DNA from: a virus
Virus record (IMG/VR): IMGVR_UViG_3300042874_000443
Coordinates: 93,409 to 157,408 of that record
Reading direction: 5' to 3' (one strand)
DNA length: 64,000 nt
Under the pieces are notes generated by a model. It had not been told where the DNA came from and made no database searches. It was given only the letters and a program-made list of their open reading frames with translations. The position numbers and the translations under genes are program-made. This document shows, piece by piece, positions 28,775 to 38,131 of the stretch; the first letter of the stretch is position 1; every line of letters begins with the position of its first letter.

Positions 28775-31700
28775 TTACCTCTGGGATTGAAACCACGGCA
28801 TGGCGGTGATGAGGCGATCGGTTTCAGAACCGCCCTTGAAGTCTTTGACGACGGTGGCGAACTCGCCCACTGATTTGGCGAACAAGACGGTGGAATCCGC
28901 TTGGAGTTTAGCGGAAGGATCCACATCGCCAGTTGCGTTCGCCGCCTCCTCGTCCATACGCGCGATCTGCGAATCGATGTCTCGAAGGCGGTCGCTTGAC
29001 GCCCCGCTGTGCCGTGTCGTCTTGGAGGACGGCCCTGCTTTCGCGATCTCGTCATTGAGACCGCTGCTGTCACCCTTGCTCCACTTTTCGTACGCCGCCT
29101 TCATCTTCGGGTCGAGCTTTTCGACTTCGTCTGCCGTGAGCGATCGGAAGGCCTTGTCGGGGTCCATCCCTTCGAGGTCCTTGCGGCCTGTCTGGCTCGC
29201 GAGCTTCGAGGCGAATTCGTCGCGCGCAGCCAGTTCCATCTTGTGACCCGCAGCCGTGCGCACAAGCTTCATGCTTGAAGTCACACCTGCCAGGTCTTGT
29301 GTACCCCGGAACGTGCGTTCCATCGCGTCGGCCGTGTCTTTGGACATGCTTCCAGCAACACGAAGCGCCCTCTCTTGAAGAGCTGCCAGTTTGTCCGGTT
29401 GGTCCTTGAACTTGGCGCCAATCTCTTTGGTGATCTGTTCACCGCGCTTCTTCTCTTCGTCATTGCCCGACGTCTTGGCGCGTTCTGCTGTTGCCAGCGC
29501 GAGCACCAAGTCGCCTTCGTCACCTTTGTTCTGTGAAACGAGTGCTTTGACCTCGGCCATCGTCTTGTCACTGACGGCACCCATGCCAGACATCTTCAGT
29601 TCGTCCGCAATCTGCGCCTTTGCAGCGTCACGGTCACCCTTCAGGTCGACACCGCCCGCGCGCATCTCGACGTCCTTGGCTTTCTCGAAGCGTTCGATCT
29701 TCTTTTGATCGCCACTCGCGTACACCGTGTCGGACATACGCTTCATGATCTGACCCTTGCTGCCCTCCCATGCTTTCTCTGCTTGCGCCCGCGTCATGCC
29801 GTCCGAACCTTTGGTTGCAGCGCTGATGAAGTGGTCCTTCATCTCGGATGCACTCATAGCGCGCGCGGACTTGATGTAACCGGCTTCGCCGCCACCCGCG
29901 AGCATCGCTGTAGTCGCTCGTCCGATGATGTCCAGGGCGTTGAACTTCTTGCCGCCGGGGCCACCGACATCACTGATGCGTTGGAACGTTGTTGAGAGTT
30001 GTTGTGAGGTGAGCGCTGGCGCAGAAACCGCATGGCTGACGTCGATGACGTCTTGCACACGTTTCAACGCTTCTTCCGGGTCTCCAAACGTTTCGCCGAG
30101 GCTCGTGTATCGCCCCTTGCTGTAGTCCGCGATCGCGGCGAGCCTATTCGCACCGCTCTCGGAGGTAAGCCCTAAGAAGCTTCCCATGCGGTTCAACTGA
30201 CGCCCCGCCGAACGGCCAAAGGCGCCACCGAGGCCCCCCGTTCCAGTTTCGCTGACGAAGTTGGAACCGCCACGTGCGTACGATCGGCGAAGACCGCCCT
30301 TCTGAATCGACTCCTTCAATAGCGCGCGTTCGTCACCGCTTGTCGCAAGGTCTGAATCGCCGTACCGGCGAATGTGCTCGCCACGGCCTGCGGCTTCCTC
30401 GTCTTCACGCACGCGCTCGAAGTGTTCGGAGATGGAACGGAAGGGCGAGGACAGTGTGTCGCTGACGCTATCGATCGCACCGCGGATGCCGCGCTTCATG
30501 CGCGTCGCGAGTCCCGGCGTTCGATACTGCTCGCGTTGCGCTTTCTCTTGCTCGACGACTTCTTGTCGCTGCACGCGCAACTGATTCGCCATGCCCTGCC
30601 AGTACGAACGACTCGAGAACTGGACCTCGAGCGCGCGCGCCTGGTCTGCACCCAAACCCGTCGTCGACTGAAGAGCCGTGCCCAACGACATGCCCGGGAC
30701 CTGCGCCTGAAACGCGCGTGCCTGCGACAACATGTTCATCTGCATCTCGCCCGGCTTCATCTTCTGGGCGATCTCGTCCTTCATCTCCTGGCGACGCGTG
30801 TTCCACTCGAAGATGCCCTTCGTATCCATGTTGCGGAGCGAGTCCGCGGCGAGACGCTGAACCTCGTCGAACGGCCGAGTCTGCATCTCGCGATACCGCG
30901 CCATGTCGACCTGCATTTTGCCGCCGGGACCACGCCCCATCGCGGCGAGCATGTACTGGTCGTTCTGCATCGCAGAGAGCGACGCCATCGTATTGATCTG
31001 TCCGAGACCCGCGCGCCCACCTGCTCGCGCAAGCTGTAGATCGTTGAGCGCTCCCGACGACGCGGCAACGTTCGCAGCACCGGCTCCGTACATAGATGCG
31101 CCAGCGCCAGTCGCTCCAACAAGGCCGTACTGACTCGCCATGTCGGCGCCGCCGGCCATGATCTGACCCATCTGCTGCTGGGACACGCCGGCCATACGCG
31201 CGAACGAGGCGCGATTTGCGACGGCGCCCGCTTGTGCCGCGAGACCTTGGAAACCCATCTCACGCATCTGCCCGAGCGATTGAATGGCGTCTCGCACATC
31301 CGGGTCGCCGGTGATCTTCATCAGCATCTTAACGGTCTTCGAGATCTCCTTGACCTTCTGGACCATCTGGTCAGAGGACTGCGCTCCTGTCAGCAGTCCT
31401 TGCCCTGCCGACATCTGCATGATGCGCATCGTGTCCTGGGTGTTGAACCCAGTACGCTCGAAGTCATAATCACGCTGAAGGTGGCGGACACCTGTCGCGA
31501 CACCACGTGCACTGTGCGCATCCATTCCAGAACCCGTCACCATGTTCATGTTTGGTCCTGAGACCATGAACGGTGACGTCATCTGTTGAATCTGTCGGCC
31601 ACGTGCGAAATCTTGTGTGACCGGATTGAAGACCATGTTGGAGACAGCTCCACCGATCTTTCCGCCGAGGAAGCTGCCCGCCATTGTTCCAAGCGGTCCG

Positions 31701-32326
31701 AAGGCCGAACCCAGTGCACCACCAATCACAGATCCGCCGATGCCCATTGCGGCTTCGCCAATGCCTGCGATCGTACCCATCGTCTGCGCTTGGGCGTGAT
31801 GCATCATCTGCAGGTTGCGCTGCGCCGGCGTTGCGAAGTGTGCTCCGGGCAGTGTTGGTGCGAACGGGTTGAACACCGACGGCATGCGAGGTGTGCCGAA
31901 GCCGCCGCCACCAGCGAAGCCGCCTCCGCCGCCGAAACCGCCGCCACCAGCGAAGCCCCCGCTGAACGCAGCGCCGCCGCCTCCACCTCCGCCGCCACCC
32001 ATCGCAGGCGCCGCGAACGGGTTCATCATGCTCATGCCGCCCATCGCACCGACCGATGGCATCGGTGCCGAAGGGGGTGGTTGATAGCGCGTGACCTGCG
32101 CGGCTTGCAGCGTCTGCTGCACCATGTTCTGGTGCATGTTCATCGCGTGCATCGCCGCTTCGGATGGATGCGGGATCTGTGGTGGAGGCGGCGGCGCTTG
32201 GAACTGCGCGCCCGCGCCCGCCATCGCTTGCGACTGCTGCATCGGCAAGAGGCCGAGGTTGTATTGCATCGCCGAAAACCCAGAGAGCATCTGCTTCAGG
32301 GTCTCGTTGGATGGTTGATCGGCCAT
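28775..32326 (-). CDS. Tape measure protein
   Basis: 1183 aa, A/G/M/Q-rich helical, GGALGSAFGPLG motif, preceded by the frameshifted chaperone pair. Confidence 0.8.
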   Translation of the reverse strand: MADQPSNETLKQMLSGFSAMQYNLGLLPMQQSQAMAGAGAQFQAPPPPPQIPHPSEAAMHAMNMHQNMVQQTLQAAQVTRYQPPPSAPMPSVGAMGGMSMMNPFAAPAMGGGGGGGGGAAFSGGFAGGGGFGGGGGFAGGGGFGTPRMPSVFNPFAPTLPGAHFATPAQRNLQMMHHAQAQTMGTIAGIGEAAMGIGGSVIGGALGSAFGPLGTMAGSFLGGKIGGAVSNMVFNPVTQDFARGRQIQQMTSPFMVSGPNMNMVTGSGMDAHSARGVATGVRHLQRDYDFERTGFNTQDTMRIMQMSAGQGLLTGAQSSDQMVQKVKEISKTVKMLMKITGDPDVRDAIQSLGQMREMGFQGLAAQAGAVANRASFARMAGVSQQQMGQIMAGGADMASQYGLVGATGAGASMYGAGAANVAASSGALNDLQLARAGGRAGLGQINTMASLSAMQNDQYMLAAMGRGPGGKMQVDMARYREMQTRPFDEVQRLAADSLRNMDTKGIFEWNTRRQEMKDEIAQKMKPGEMQMNMLSQARAFQAQVPGMSLGTALQSTTGLGADQARALEVQFSSRSYWQGMANQLRVQRQEVVEQEKAQREQYRTPGLATRMKRGIRGAIDSVSDTLSSPFRSISEHFERVREDEEAAGRGEHIRRYGDSDLATSGDERALLKESIQKGGLRRSYARGGSNFVSETGTGGLGGAFGRSAGRQLNRMGSFLGLTSESGANRLAAIADYSKGRYTSLGETFGDPEEALKRVQDVIDVSHAVSAPALTSQQLSTTFQRISDVGGPGGKKFNALDIIGRATTAMLAGGGEAGYIKSARAMSASEMKDHFISAATKGSDGMTRAQAEKAWEGSKGQIMKRMSDTVYASGDQKKIERFEKAKDVEMRAGGVDLKGDRDAAKAQIADELKMSGMGAVSDKTMAEVKALVSQNKGDEGDLVLALATAERAKTSGNDEEKKRGEQITKEIGAKFKDQPDKLAALQERALRVAGSMSKDTADAMERTFRGTQDLAGVTSSMKLVRTAAGHKMELAARDEFASKLASQTGRKDLEGMDPDKAFRSLTADEVEKLDPKMKAAYEKWSKGDSSGLNDEIAKAGPSSKTTRHSGASSDRLRDIDSQIARMDEEAANATGDVDPSAKLQADSTVLFAKSVGEFATVVKDFKGGSETDRLITAMPWFQSQR

Positions 32327-32354
32327 GCGAGGTTATTGTAGCGGATTCGGTGAG

Positions 32355-32740
32355 TTACTTGGGTTCCTTGAGCTTTTGGTCGTGATACTCGCCCATCCGC
32401 TCGAGGCGCTTGATGAGGTCCTCGTCCCGCTGTCGCTTCGCACGAACCCGCGCTTGTGCATCGCGACGCATCGCCACCTTCTTGCGAAGAAGATCAGCAT
32501 CGTACGTTTCTTGGAAGACCTCGGCAGCGTAGTCGGCCACGATCCCGCCGAACGCCTTGTCGGCGTCGACGTTGTACACGCGCGCGATCATCTTGCCGAT
32601 CGCGTCCATGTGGGCCACGCGCTCCTGGCGCTCCCGGAAGACCATCTCGCGCTGGACGCGGTCCTCGATGGAGCCGTACGGCGCGAGCGGTACGCCGCGC
32701 GCGAAAAGCACCGCGCGAGCGTTGCCTCCCGGGCGACCTA
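32355..32740 (-). CDS. Tail assembly chaperone, -1 frameshift extension (GT-like)
   Basis: Open in the -1 frame from the slippery site: LGRPGGNARAVLFARG... Confidence 0.75.
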
Positions 32741-33346
32741 GAAATTTTCGATCGAGCCCTCCTCGAGCGCGACCGCAACGCGGTTGTCGAACTTCGACAG
32801 CTTGCTGAACAACACACGCAACGCGGGGTCGGGGAGACCTTCCACGTACGTGATGCGGTCTTGGTAGGCCTTCTCGATCGCGTCGTAGGTGTCCTTACGA
32901 TAGTTCGGGTGCACGAACTTGTCGTCACCGAACTGTTCGAGCGACGCCGCCAGAAGAAGGCGGAACCAGCTCTCGCTGTAGTGTGCGTCCATCGTGAAAC
33001 GCTGGGCTTCGAGGATCTCTTGCGCGCGCTTGGTGTCGCGCGCGTTGCGGGTACGCAACCGGACCTTGATCTTCGACGTGACCTTGATGTCCTCGGCCCA
33101 GAACCCCTTGAGGAGGACTGCGTCGATGATCTCGGACGCTTGGTCCCGGGTGAGGCCTGCCGCCTTGAGCTTCTCCGCGTAAGAAGCCATCGGCTTGAGC
33201 GTCGCTTCGTCCTTGCTCGCTTCTGCGTCGAGCTGATCGTCGAGCGCGTCGAGCTTCTCCTTGGTCTGCCCGGTCGTCGGCTGCTTGGGCGGATCGATCA
33301 CAGGCCGCGAGAAATCTCCGATGCGTGCGTCGTCCGTAGATGCCAT
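32738..33346 (-). CDS. Tail assembly chaperone (G-like)
   Basis: Two genes upstream of the TMP; ends ...IENF*. Confidence 0.78.
   Translation of the reverse strand: MASTDDARIGDFSRPVIDPPKQPTTGQTKEKLDALDDQLDAEASKDEATLKPMASYAEKLKAAGLTRDQASEIIDAVLLKGFWAEDIKVTSKIKVRLRTRNARDTKRAQEILEAQRFTMDAHYSESWFRLLLAASLEQFGDDKFVHPNYRKDTYDAIEKAYQDRITYVEGLPDPALRVLFSKLSKFDNRVAVALEEGSIENF
32741..32747 (-). other. -1 programmed frameshift heptamer A AAT TTC
   Basis: X XXY YYZ heptamer immediately before TAG; the -1 frame joins the next ORF. Confidence 0.8.
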
Positions 33347-33431
33347 GGATTCTTGGTACAAGGATTGGACCAGGAAAGCAACCTATCGTCTTGATGTTTA
33401 TCTCGTGAGCAAGGCAAACTGAAAGGCACGC

Positions 33432-35540
33432 ATGCGTACCGTTACGGAGCTACTGACCAACCCCGCCCATGGCCTCGTGCGAGAGGCCCGTCCGTCACAG
33501 CTCGCGATGGCCACCTCGATCGAACAGGTCCTAGCGACTGGCGGAGCCTACTTCTGCGAAGCGCCCGTGGCTACCGGAAAGACCTACGCGTACTTGTTGC
33601 CGGCGCTCCTGGCACAGGGGCGGCGCGTCGTTGTCGCCACCGCCAAGAAGCAGCTCCAAGACCAGATCGTCGGTAAGGATTTCCCGACGCTGCGTCGCAT
33701 CCTCGGCAAGGACATCCCGCCCTCGACGGCGATGCCCCTCAAGGGCAAGGGTAACTACGCCTGTCGTCTTGCTGCCTCGTCCATCATCGACAAGACGCCA
33801 GAGGGCGGCGCTGCGTATATGGAGTTCTTGCGTCACAGCTCGTACGGTGACCGCGCAGAGTACCCCGGCATGCCGCCCCGCTGGTGGGGATCCGCAACGG
33901 CCGAAGACTGTGTCGGCAAGCGTTGCGACTTCTTTGCAGACTGTGGGTACATCCAGCTCAAGCAAGATATCAAGCAGTCAAAGCTTATCGTGATTAACCA
34001 TCACGTGCTGGGTGCAGAGATGTACTTCGGACACGGCAAGCTTGTTGGTGGTCCGTACGATGTTCTCATTGTCGATGAGGCACATACGCTCGCAGCAGGT
34101 ATTCGCTCGGCCTTCACACATCGTGTGGGTGAGGATTCGATCAGCTCGTTGAACGACTTGCTCAAGCGGACAGCACACGCGTTCCCTGCTGTACGTCGAC
34201 TGCTCGAACCGTGGGAAGCAATGTTCCAAGCCGTACCCAATCGGCACTTCCAGGACGCAAGCGCGCGTGACGTCCCCGTGTTCGACATCGGACCTGCGAC
34301 CGAAGTGATCGCAGGGCTTCATGCGATCGAGATCGAACTGGGCAAGACGGCGGCGTCCTACTCGGATGAACCGGATGAACCCGGCGAAACGAACTACCTC
34401 AACGATGGGCTCGACGAGTTCAATGAGCCCATCCAGGCCATCGAGATGGATACCGCGGGCCAGCAAGAAGCCCTCGACGAGAACAAGGCACGAACGCTCG
34501 CGTTTCTGACGCAAGCGCAACGTCGTGTCGAATCGCTTCTGCGGGGACTTCAGACCGCACAAGGCGTCGTCGACGCAGACATCTCGATCACCGATCCCGA
34601 GGAGCAGGCGATGCGTCGCGAGCGCATCCTGGCCAACACCGCTATCTACGCGACGCAAGACGAACGGGGTCGCTTCGGTATCAACTGTGCGCCGGTCAGC
34701 GTGGGCGGCATCGCAGGCAAGTACCTCAGCACCGTGAAGACGGTCATTGTCTGCAGTGCGACGCTTGCCATCGACGGAAAGTTCGACCACGTCACCAGCA
34801 TGACGGGGCTCTCGCCGGCGAAGACGGACGTGCTACCGACATCGTTCAACTACGACGCGCAGGGCTTCGTGTTCGTCCCTCGTGGACTGCCGGTGATCGG
34901 ACGAACGAACCCGGAGTACGCTGCCGTCATGAAGAGGCGCGTCGACATGGCCGTCCAGCTCGTCGAGTGGTCCGACGGCGGCGCCTTCATCCTCACCACA
35001 GCGAACGACGAACTAGACGCGTTCGCGATGGCGCTCAAGGATCGGTTCCCAGGGCGGACGTTCGTGCAGGGGCACCGCAAGAACCCGTGGGACGGCGATC
35101 CGCAATCGGCGCTCGAGAAGTTCCGGGCGACACCCAACGCGATCCTCGTGGGCTCGAAGTCGTTCTGGGAAGGTGTCGACGTGCCGGGCGGCGCACTGCG
35201 GCTCGTCATCATGGCGAAGCTTCCGTTCCCGCAGTTCAACGACCCCATCATCAAGGCACGTGAGCGGCTCGCGGGCGCCAACGCGTTCATGGACGTGCAG
35301 CTCGTCGACATGTTGATCGACTTGCGCCAGGGCGTCGGGCGGCTCATCCGCACCAAGGATGACCGTGGCTGCGTCGCGATCCTCGACAGTCGCATCTGGG
35401 ACAAGTCGTATGGAGGTCTCGTCCGTCGAGCACTGCCCTGGTCGAACTCGACCGTCACGTCAGATCTTGCAGTGTGTCAACGGTATCTCCCACGATTCGC
35501 GGCGCACTTCCGAACGCAGGAACATCGAGAGTTTGCGTAA
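33432..35540 (+). CDS. dinG: DinG/YoaA-family SF2 helicase with Fe-S cysteines
   Basis: RPSQ Q-motif, ATGKT, KGKGNYAC, DEAH, SAT, FWEGVD, KLPF, QGVGRLIR. Confidence 0.92.
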   Translation: MRTVTELLTNPAHGLVREARPSQLAMATSIEQVLATGGAYFCEAPVATGKTYAYLLPALLAQGRRVVVATAKKQLQDQIVGKDFPTLRRILGKDIPPSTAMPLKGKGNYACRLAASSIIDKTPEGGAAYMEFLRHSSYGDRAEYPGMPPRWWGSATAEDCVGKRCDFFADCGYIQLKQDIKQSKLIVINHHVLGAEMYFGHGKLVGGPYDVLIVDEAHTLAAGIRSAFTHRVGEDSISSLNDLLKRTAHAFPAVRRLLEPWEAMFQAVPNRHFQDASARDVPVFDIGPATEVIAGLHAIEIELGKTAASYSDEPDEPGETNYLNDGLDEFNEPIQAIEMDTAGQQEALDENKARTLAFLTQAQRRVESLLRGLQTAQGVVDADISITDPEEQAMRRERILANTAIYATQDERGRFGINCAPVSVGGIAGKYLSTVKTVIVCSATLAIDGKFDHVTSMTGLSPAKTDVLPTSFNYDAQGFVFVPRGLPVIGRTNPEYAAVMKRRVDMAVQLVEWSDGGAFILTTANDELDAFAMALKDRFPGRTFVQGHRKNPWDGDPQSALEKFRATPNAILVGSKSFWEGVDVPGGALRLVIMAKLPFPQFNDPIIKARERLAGANAFMDVQLVDMLIDLRQGVGRLIRTKDDRGCVAILDSRIWDKSYGGLVRRALPWSNSTVTSDLAVCQRYLPRFAAHFRTQEHREFA

Positions 35541-35561
35541 TAAACCCTAACGACCTAAGAT
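35533..35561 (+). promoter_or_regulatory. Sigma70-type promoter TTGCGT-N17-TAAGAT
   Basis: 17-nt spacing; ends 10 nt before the ATG of the HTH gene. Confidence 0.55.
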
Positions 35562-35571
35562 TCTGCCTGCC

Positions 35572-35778
35572 ATGAGTCGTGACCCCTACGCAGTATTGTT
35601 GAAAGAGCTACGCGACAAACGCTTGGCCAAGAACTACACCCAAGCGCAAGTTGCGGCGGGTATTCAACTGAGCCGCGCGCAGTACACCGCGATCGAACAA
35701 GGCAGGAGCCTCTTGAACTGGCGCCATCTGCACAAGCTGGCCAAGTTCTTCAAGACGAGCTGGACCATCAGCGCATGA
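35572..35778 (+). CDS. XRE-family HTH regulator
   Basis: LRDKR...TQAQVA...LSRAQYTAIEQG...KLAKFF. Confidence 0.9.
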   Translation: MSRDPYAVLLKELRDKRLAKNYTQAQVAAGIQLSRAQYTAIEQGRSLLNWRHLHKLAKFFKTSWTISA

Positions 35779-35924
35779 AGGCAGGCCGCCCCAAAGGCAC
35801 GAAGGTAGTCGTGTGTCCTTGCGGGTGGCGCGTCACCGGGAAGGGCAAGACCGTTCGATGCACATCATGTGGTCGGCGTGTCTCCCTCGACAAGAAACAA
35901 CCCCGCATCAAGGCAGTCGCATGA
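35775..35924 (+). CDS. 49-aa Zn-ribbon protein (not in ORF track)
   Basis: MKAGRPKGTKVVVCPCGW...VRCTSCGRR; ATGA overlaps at both ends. Confidence 0.7.
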   Translation: MKAGRPKGTKVVVCPCGWRVTGKGKTVRCTSCGRRVSLDKKQPRIKAVA

Positions 35925-36589
35925 CGCACAGGTACGTGATCGGCGTCGACGAATCCGGCTGCGGGGCACTCGCAGGTCCGCTCGTCGTCGTGGCAGTGGC
36001 GTTTCCCGTCGACGCGGACCGCGTGACGGCCATGTGGAAAGGTGTCTACGCGGACAAGACGCTCGTCGCTGGTGATTCCAAAGGCATCAAGAACCAAGCG
36101 CATCGCGAGGCGCTGTCCATTGCAGTGCAGGCGACGTGTTCGGCAATCGTCGTCATCGAGAAGACGTCGGCCGAGATCGACGCGCGGCTCTTGGGGACCG
36201 TGTTCCCTGAAGCTATCAAGCTTGCGACGTCTCGATGTCTCGAACGGCTCAAGACCCTCGACCCTTCTCTCGAGCCGGAGCACTTCCAGGTCCTGATCGA
36301 CGGTGACCTCGAACGTCCAGACCTACCTTGCTTGGTGCGCTGTATTCCCGGGGGCGACAGAACCGACTGGCGCATCGGCGCAGCATCCATCGTCGCGAAG
36401 GCCACGCACGACAAGCGAATGGATGAGCTGCACAAGGAGTATCCGAACTGGGGCTTCGACAAGAGCCGCGGGTACCCGACGCGCGAGCACAAGGCGCTCC
36501 TGACGAAGCGAGGCCCGACGATGGCGCACCGCAAGTCGTATCGCCCCGTACGTGCAACGATGCCGCGCGCACAAGGAATCGAGGAGTGA
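35921..36589 (+). CDS. rnhB: Ribonuclease HII
   Basis: IGVDESGCGALAGP, DSK, LIDG, IGAASIVAK, GYPT..H, HRKSY. Confidence 0.9.
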   Translation: MTHRYVIGVDESGCGALAGPLVVVAVAFPVDADRVTAMWKGVYADKTLVAGDSKGIKNQAHREALSIAVQATCSAIVVIEKTSAEIDARLLGTVFPEAIKLATSRCLERLKTLDPSLEPEHFQVLIDGDLERPDLPCLVRCIPGGDRTDWRIGAASIVAKATHDKRMDELHKEYPNWGFDKSRGYPTREHKALLTKRGPTMAHRKSYRPVRATMPRAQGIEE

Positions 36590-36816
36590 TGGGGCTCGAC
36601 GTTCTGAAGCCACGCGTCTCGCACACGACCTGTGCACGCTGTCGAAAGCTGTTCAAGGCAGGCGACCGTGTCATGCCTGCGCACATCATTCTCAGCCCGA
36701 ACGCACGGGACCCGCAGACGCAGGAACTGGGAATCCACATGTCGGGCGAGTTCGAGTTCGTGCATGCGTCGTGTCTCGACACATCCCTCGACGGCAAGGC
36801 CATTCTCACCACATGA
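36586..36816 (+). CDS. Small Zn-binding protein
   Basis: CARC...HASC. Confidence 0.65.
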   Translation: MMGLDVLKPRVSHTTCARCRKLFKAGDRVMPAHIILSPNARDPQTQELGIHMSGEFEFVHASCLDTSLDGKAILTT

Positions 36817-37316
36817 GCGACAAGAAGCCCCGCGGCATCGTGGACCCGTGGCGTACGGTGGACCCAGTCCATCGGCCGTCCAAGCCCGCGCGCGTGCCCG
36901 ATCAAAAAACGAAGATCGACCTCGACGACATCGACCGAGACGCGGACCTTGTGGCGCCGAACAAGCATGTCATCCGTACAACGCACGCGTGTTTCGAGGT
37001 CACGTCGAGGACAGCGACGACGCTAGCCGAGGCGTTTGACGTCTTTGCCGAGTGCCTCATCGGTCTCTTCAACGTACGCAGTGCCAAGGACATGCTGATC
37101 TCAGCAGGCATCGGTGTTCAGTGTTTCGACCGCTCGGGGAATGTCCCTGATAAAGGTGCTCCGGCATCCACGCTCAAGGGCGGCCACTCCACCATCTGGT
37201 TCGTGCAGAAACCGGTGAACGAAGGCGCACTCGTTCTCGCACGCATTCTTCGTTCCCCGGACGCAGCAGCGACCTTGCACCGTTACAAGGTCGTCGTCAT
37301 GATGACCGCCAGCTAG
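36813..37316 (+). CDS. Hypothetical protein
   Basis: ATGA-coupled start MSDKKPRG. Confidence 0.6.
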   Translation: MSDKKPRGIVDPWRTVDPVHRPSKPARVPDQKTKIDLDDIDRDADLVAPNKHVIRTTHACFEVTSRTATTLAEAFDVFAECLIGLFNVRSAKDMLISAGIGVQCFDRSGNVPDKGAPASTLKGGHSTIWFVQKPVNEGALVLARILRSPDAAATLHRYKVVVMMTAS

Positions 37317-37324
37317 GAGACACC

Positions 37325-37585
37325 GTGGCCGACAAACCCTGCAACACCTGCCAGAACTACGACCCCATCATCCGCGGCACGAAGGAAGGACGTCACGGCC
37401 GTTGTGCTGTGAAATCGACCTACCCCGCGAAAGAACAGAAGGGCCAGATCTTCCCCCAGGGCGTCGCACGCGCCGAGCCCGGTGAGCTGGCCAAGCCGGT
37501 CATCGTCGTCGGAAGCGAGGTCCAGAAGACCTGCGCGCTGTACCGCATCAAGCCCATCAACAAGGCAATGACCAAGGCAAAGTGA
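37325..37585 (+). CDS. Small Cys-rich protein
   Basis: CNTC...GRC...C; AGGAG RBS. Confidence 0.7.
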   Translation: MADKPCNTCQNYDPIIRGTKEGRHGRCAVKSTYPAKEQKGQIFPQGVARAEPGELAKPVIVVGSEVQKTCALYRIKPINKAMTKAK

Positions 37586-37887
37586 TGAACGAGAAATTCG
37601 CCGAGAACGTTTCGAAGTCCCCCGAGAGCATCGAGAAGGCGAAGCACACCATCGCGGCGGGCGCGATGAACGACCACGCGCTCGAGGCGGCCGCCAACGC
37701 CGAGGAGATCATCGGCTACCTCGGGGAGCTGTGGGGCGACCGCGCCTTCACCCCCGAGCAGTGCGTGTTCGCGCTGGCGCTCGTCACCATCAACTACCGC
37801 GAGGGCGTGCCCGCGCAGTTCGGCGGCAAGGAGATGTTCGACCGCATCGCCGTCGAAGCGAGGAAGTACTTCGATGCCAACCGCTGA
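37582..37887 (+). CDS. Hypothetical protein
   Basis: Coupled ORF with high GC3. Confidence 0.7.
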   Translation: MMNEKFAENVSKSPESIEKAKHTIAAGAMNDHALEAAANAEEIIGYLGELWGDRAFTPEQCVFALALVTINYREGVPAQFGGKEMFDRIAVEARKYFDANR

Positions 37888-38131
37888 CCGCGACCCGGAC
37901 GCCGGGAACCAGTGGCAGTCGTACCACAAGGGCTGGAAGGCGGGCGCCGCCAGCAAGGCGATGGACCCGGTGTTCCTCATGCACGACAACGCGAAGATCA
38001 AGGCGGCCTACGAGCAGGGCTACCAGGACGCGCGCCTCGCACTGAACGCCGCGATGCAGAAAGCGGCTGACCGCTACGGCTATCGCATCAACGTGTTGCG
38101 TCTGTGCAACGGCCTCATCGCTGAAGCCTAG
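37874..38131 (+). CDS. Hypothetical protein (YxxGW/YxxGY repeat type)
   Basis: YHKGWKAG...YEQGYQD. Confidence 0.65.
   Translation: MPTADRDPDAGNQWQSYHKGWKAGAASKAMDPVFLMHDNAKIKAAYEQGYQDARLALNAAMQKAADRYGYRINVLRLCNGLIAEA

Noticed and set aside
33432-35540. Type IV CRISPR-associated CasDinG
   Set aside because: No cas genes or array nearby; it looks like an ordinary Fe-S DinG/YoaA helicase.
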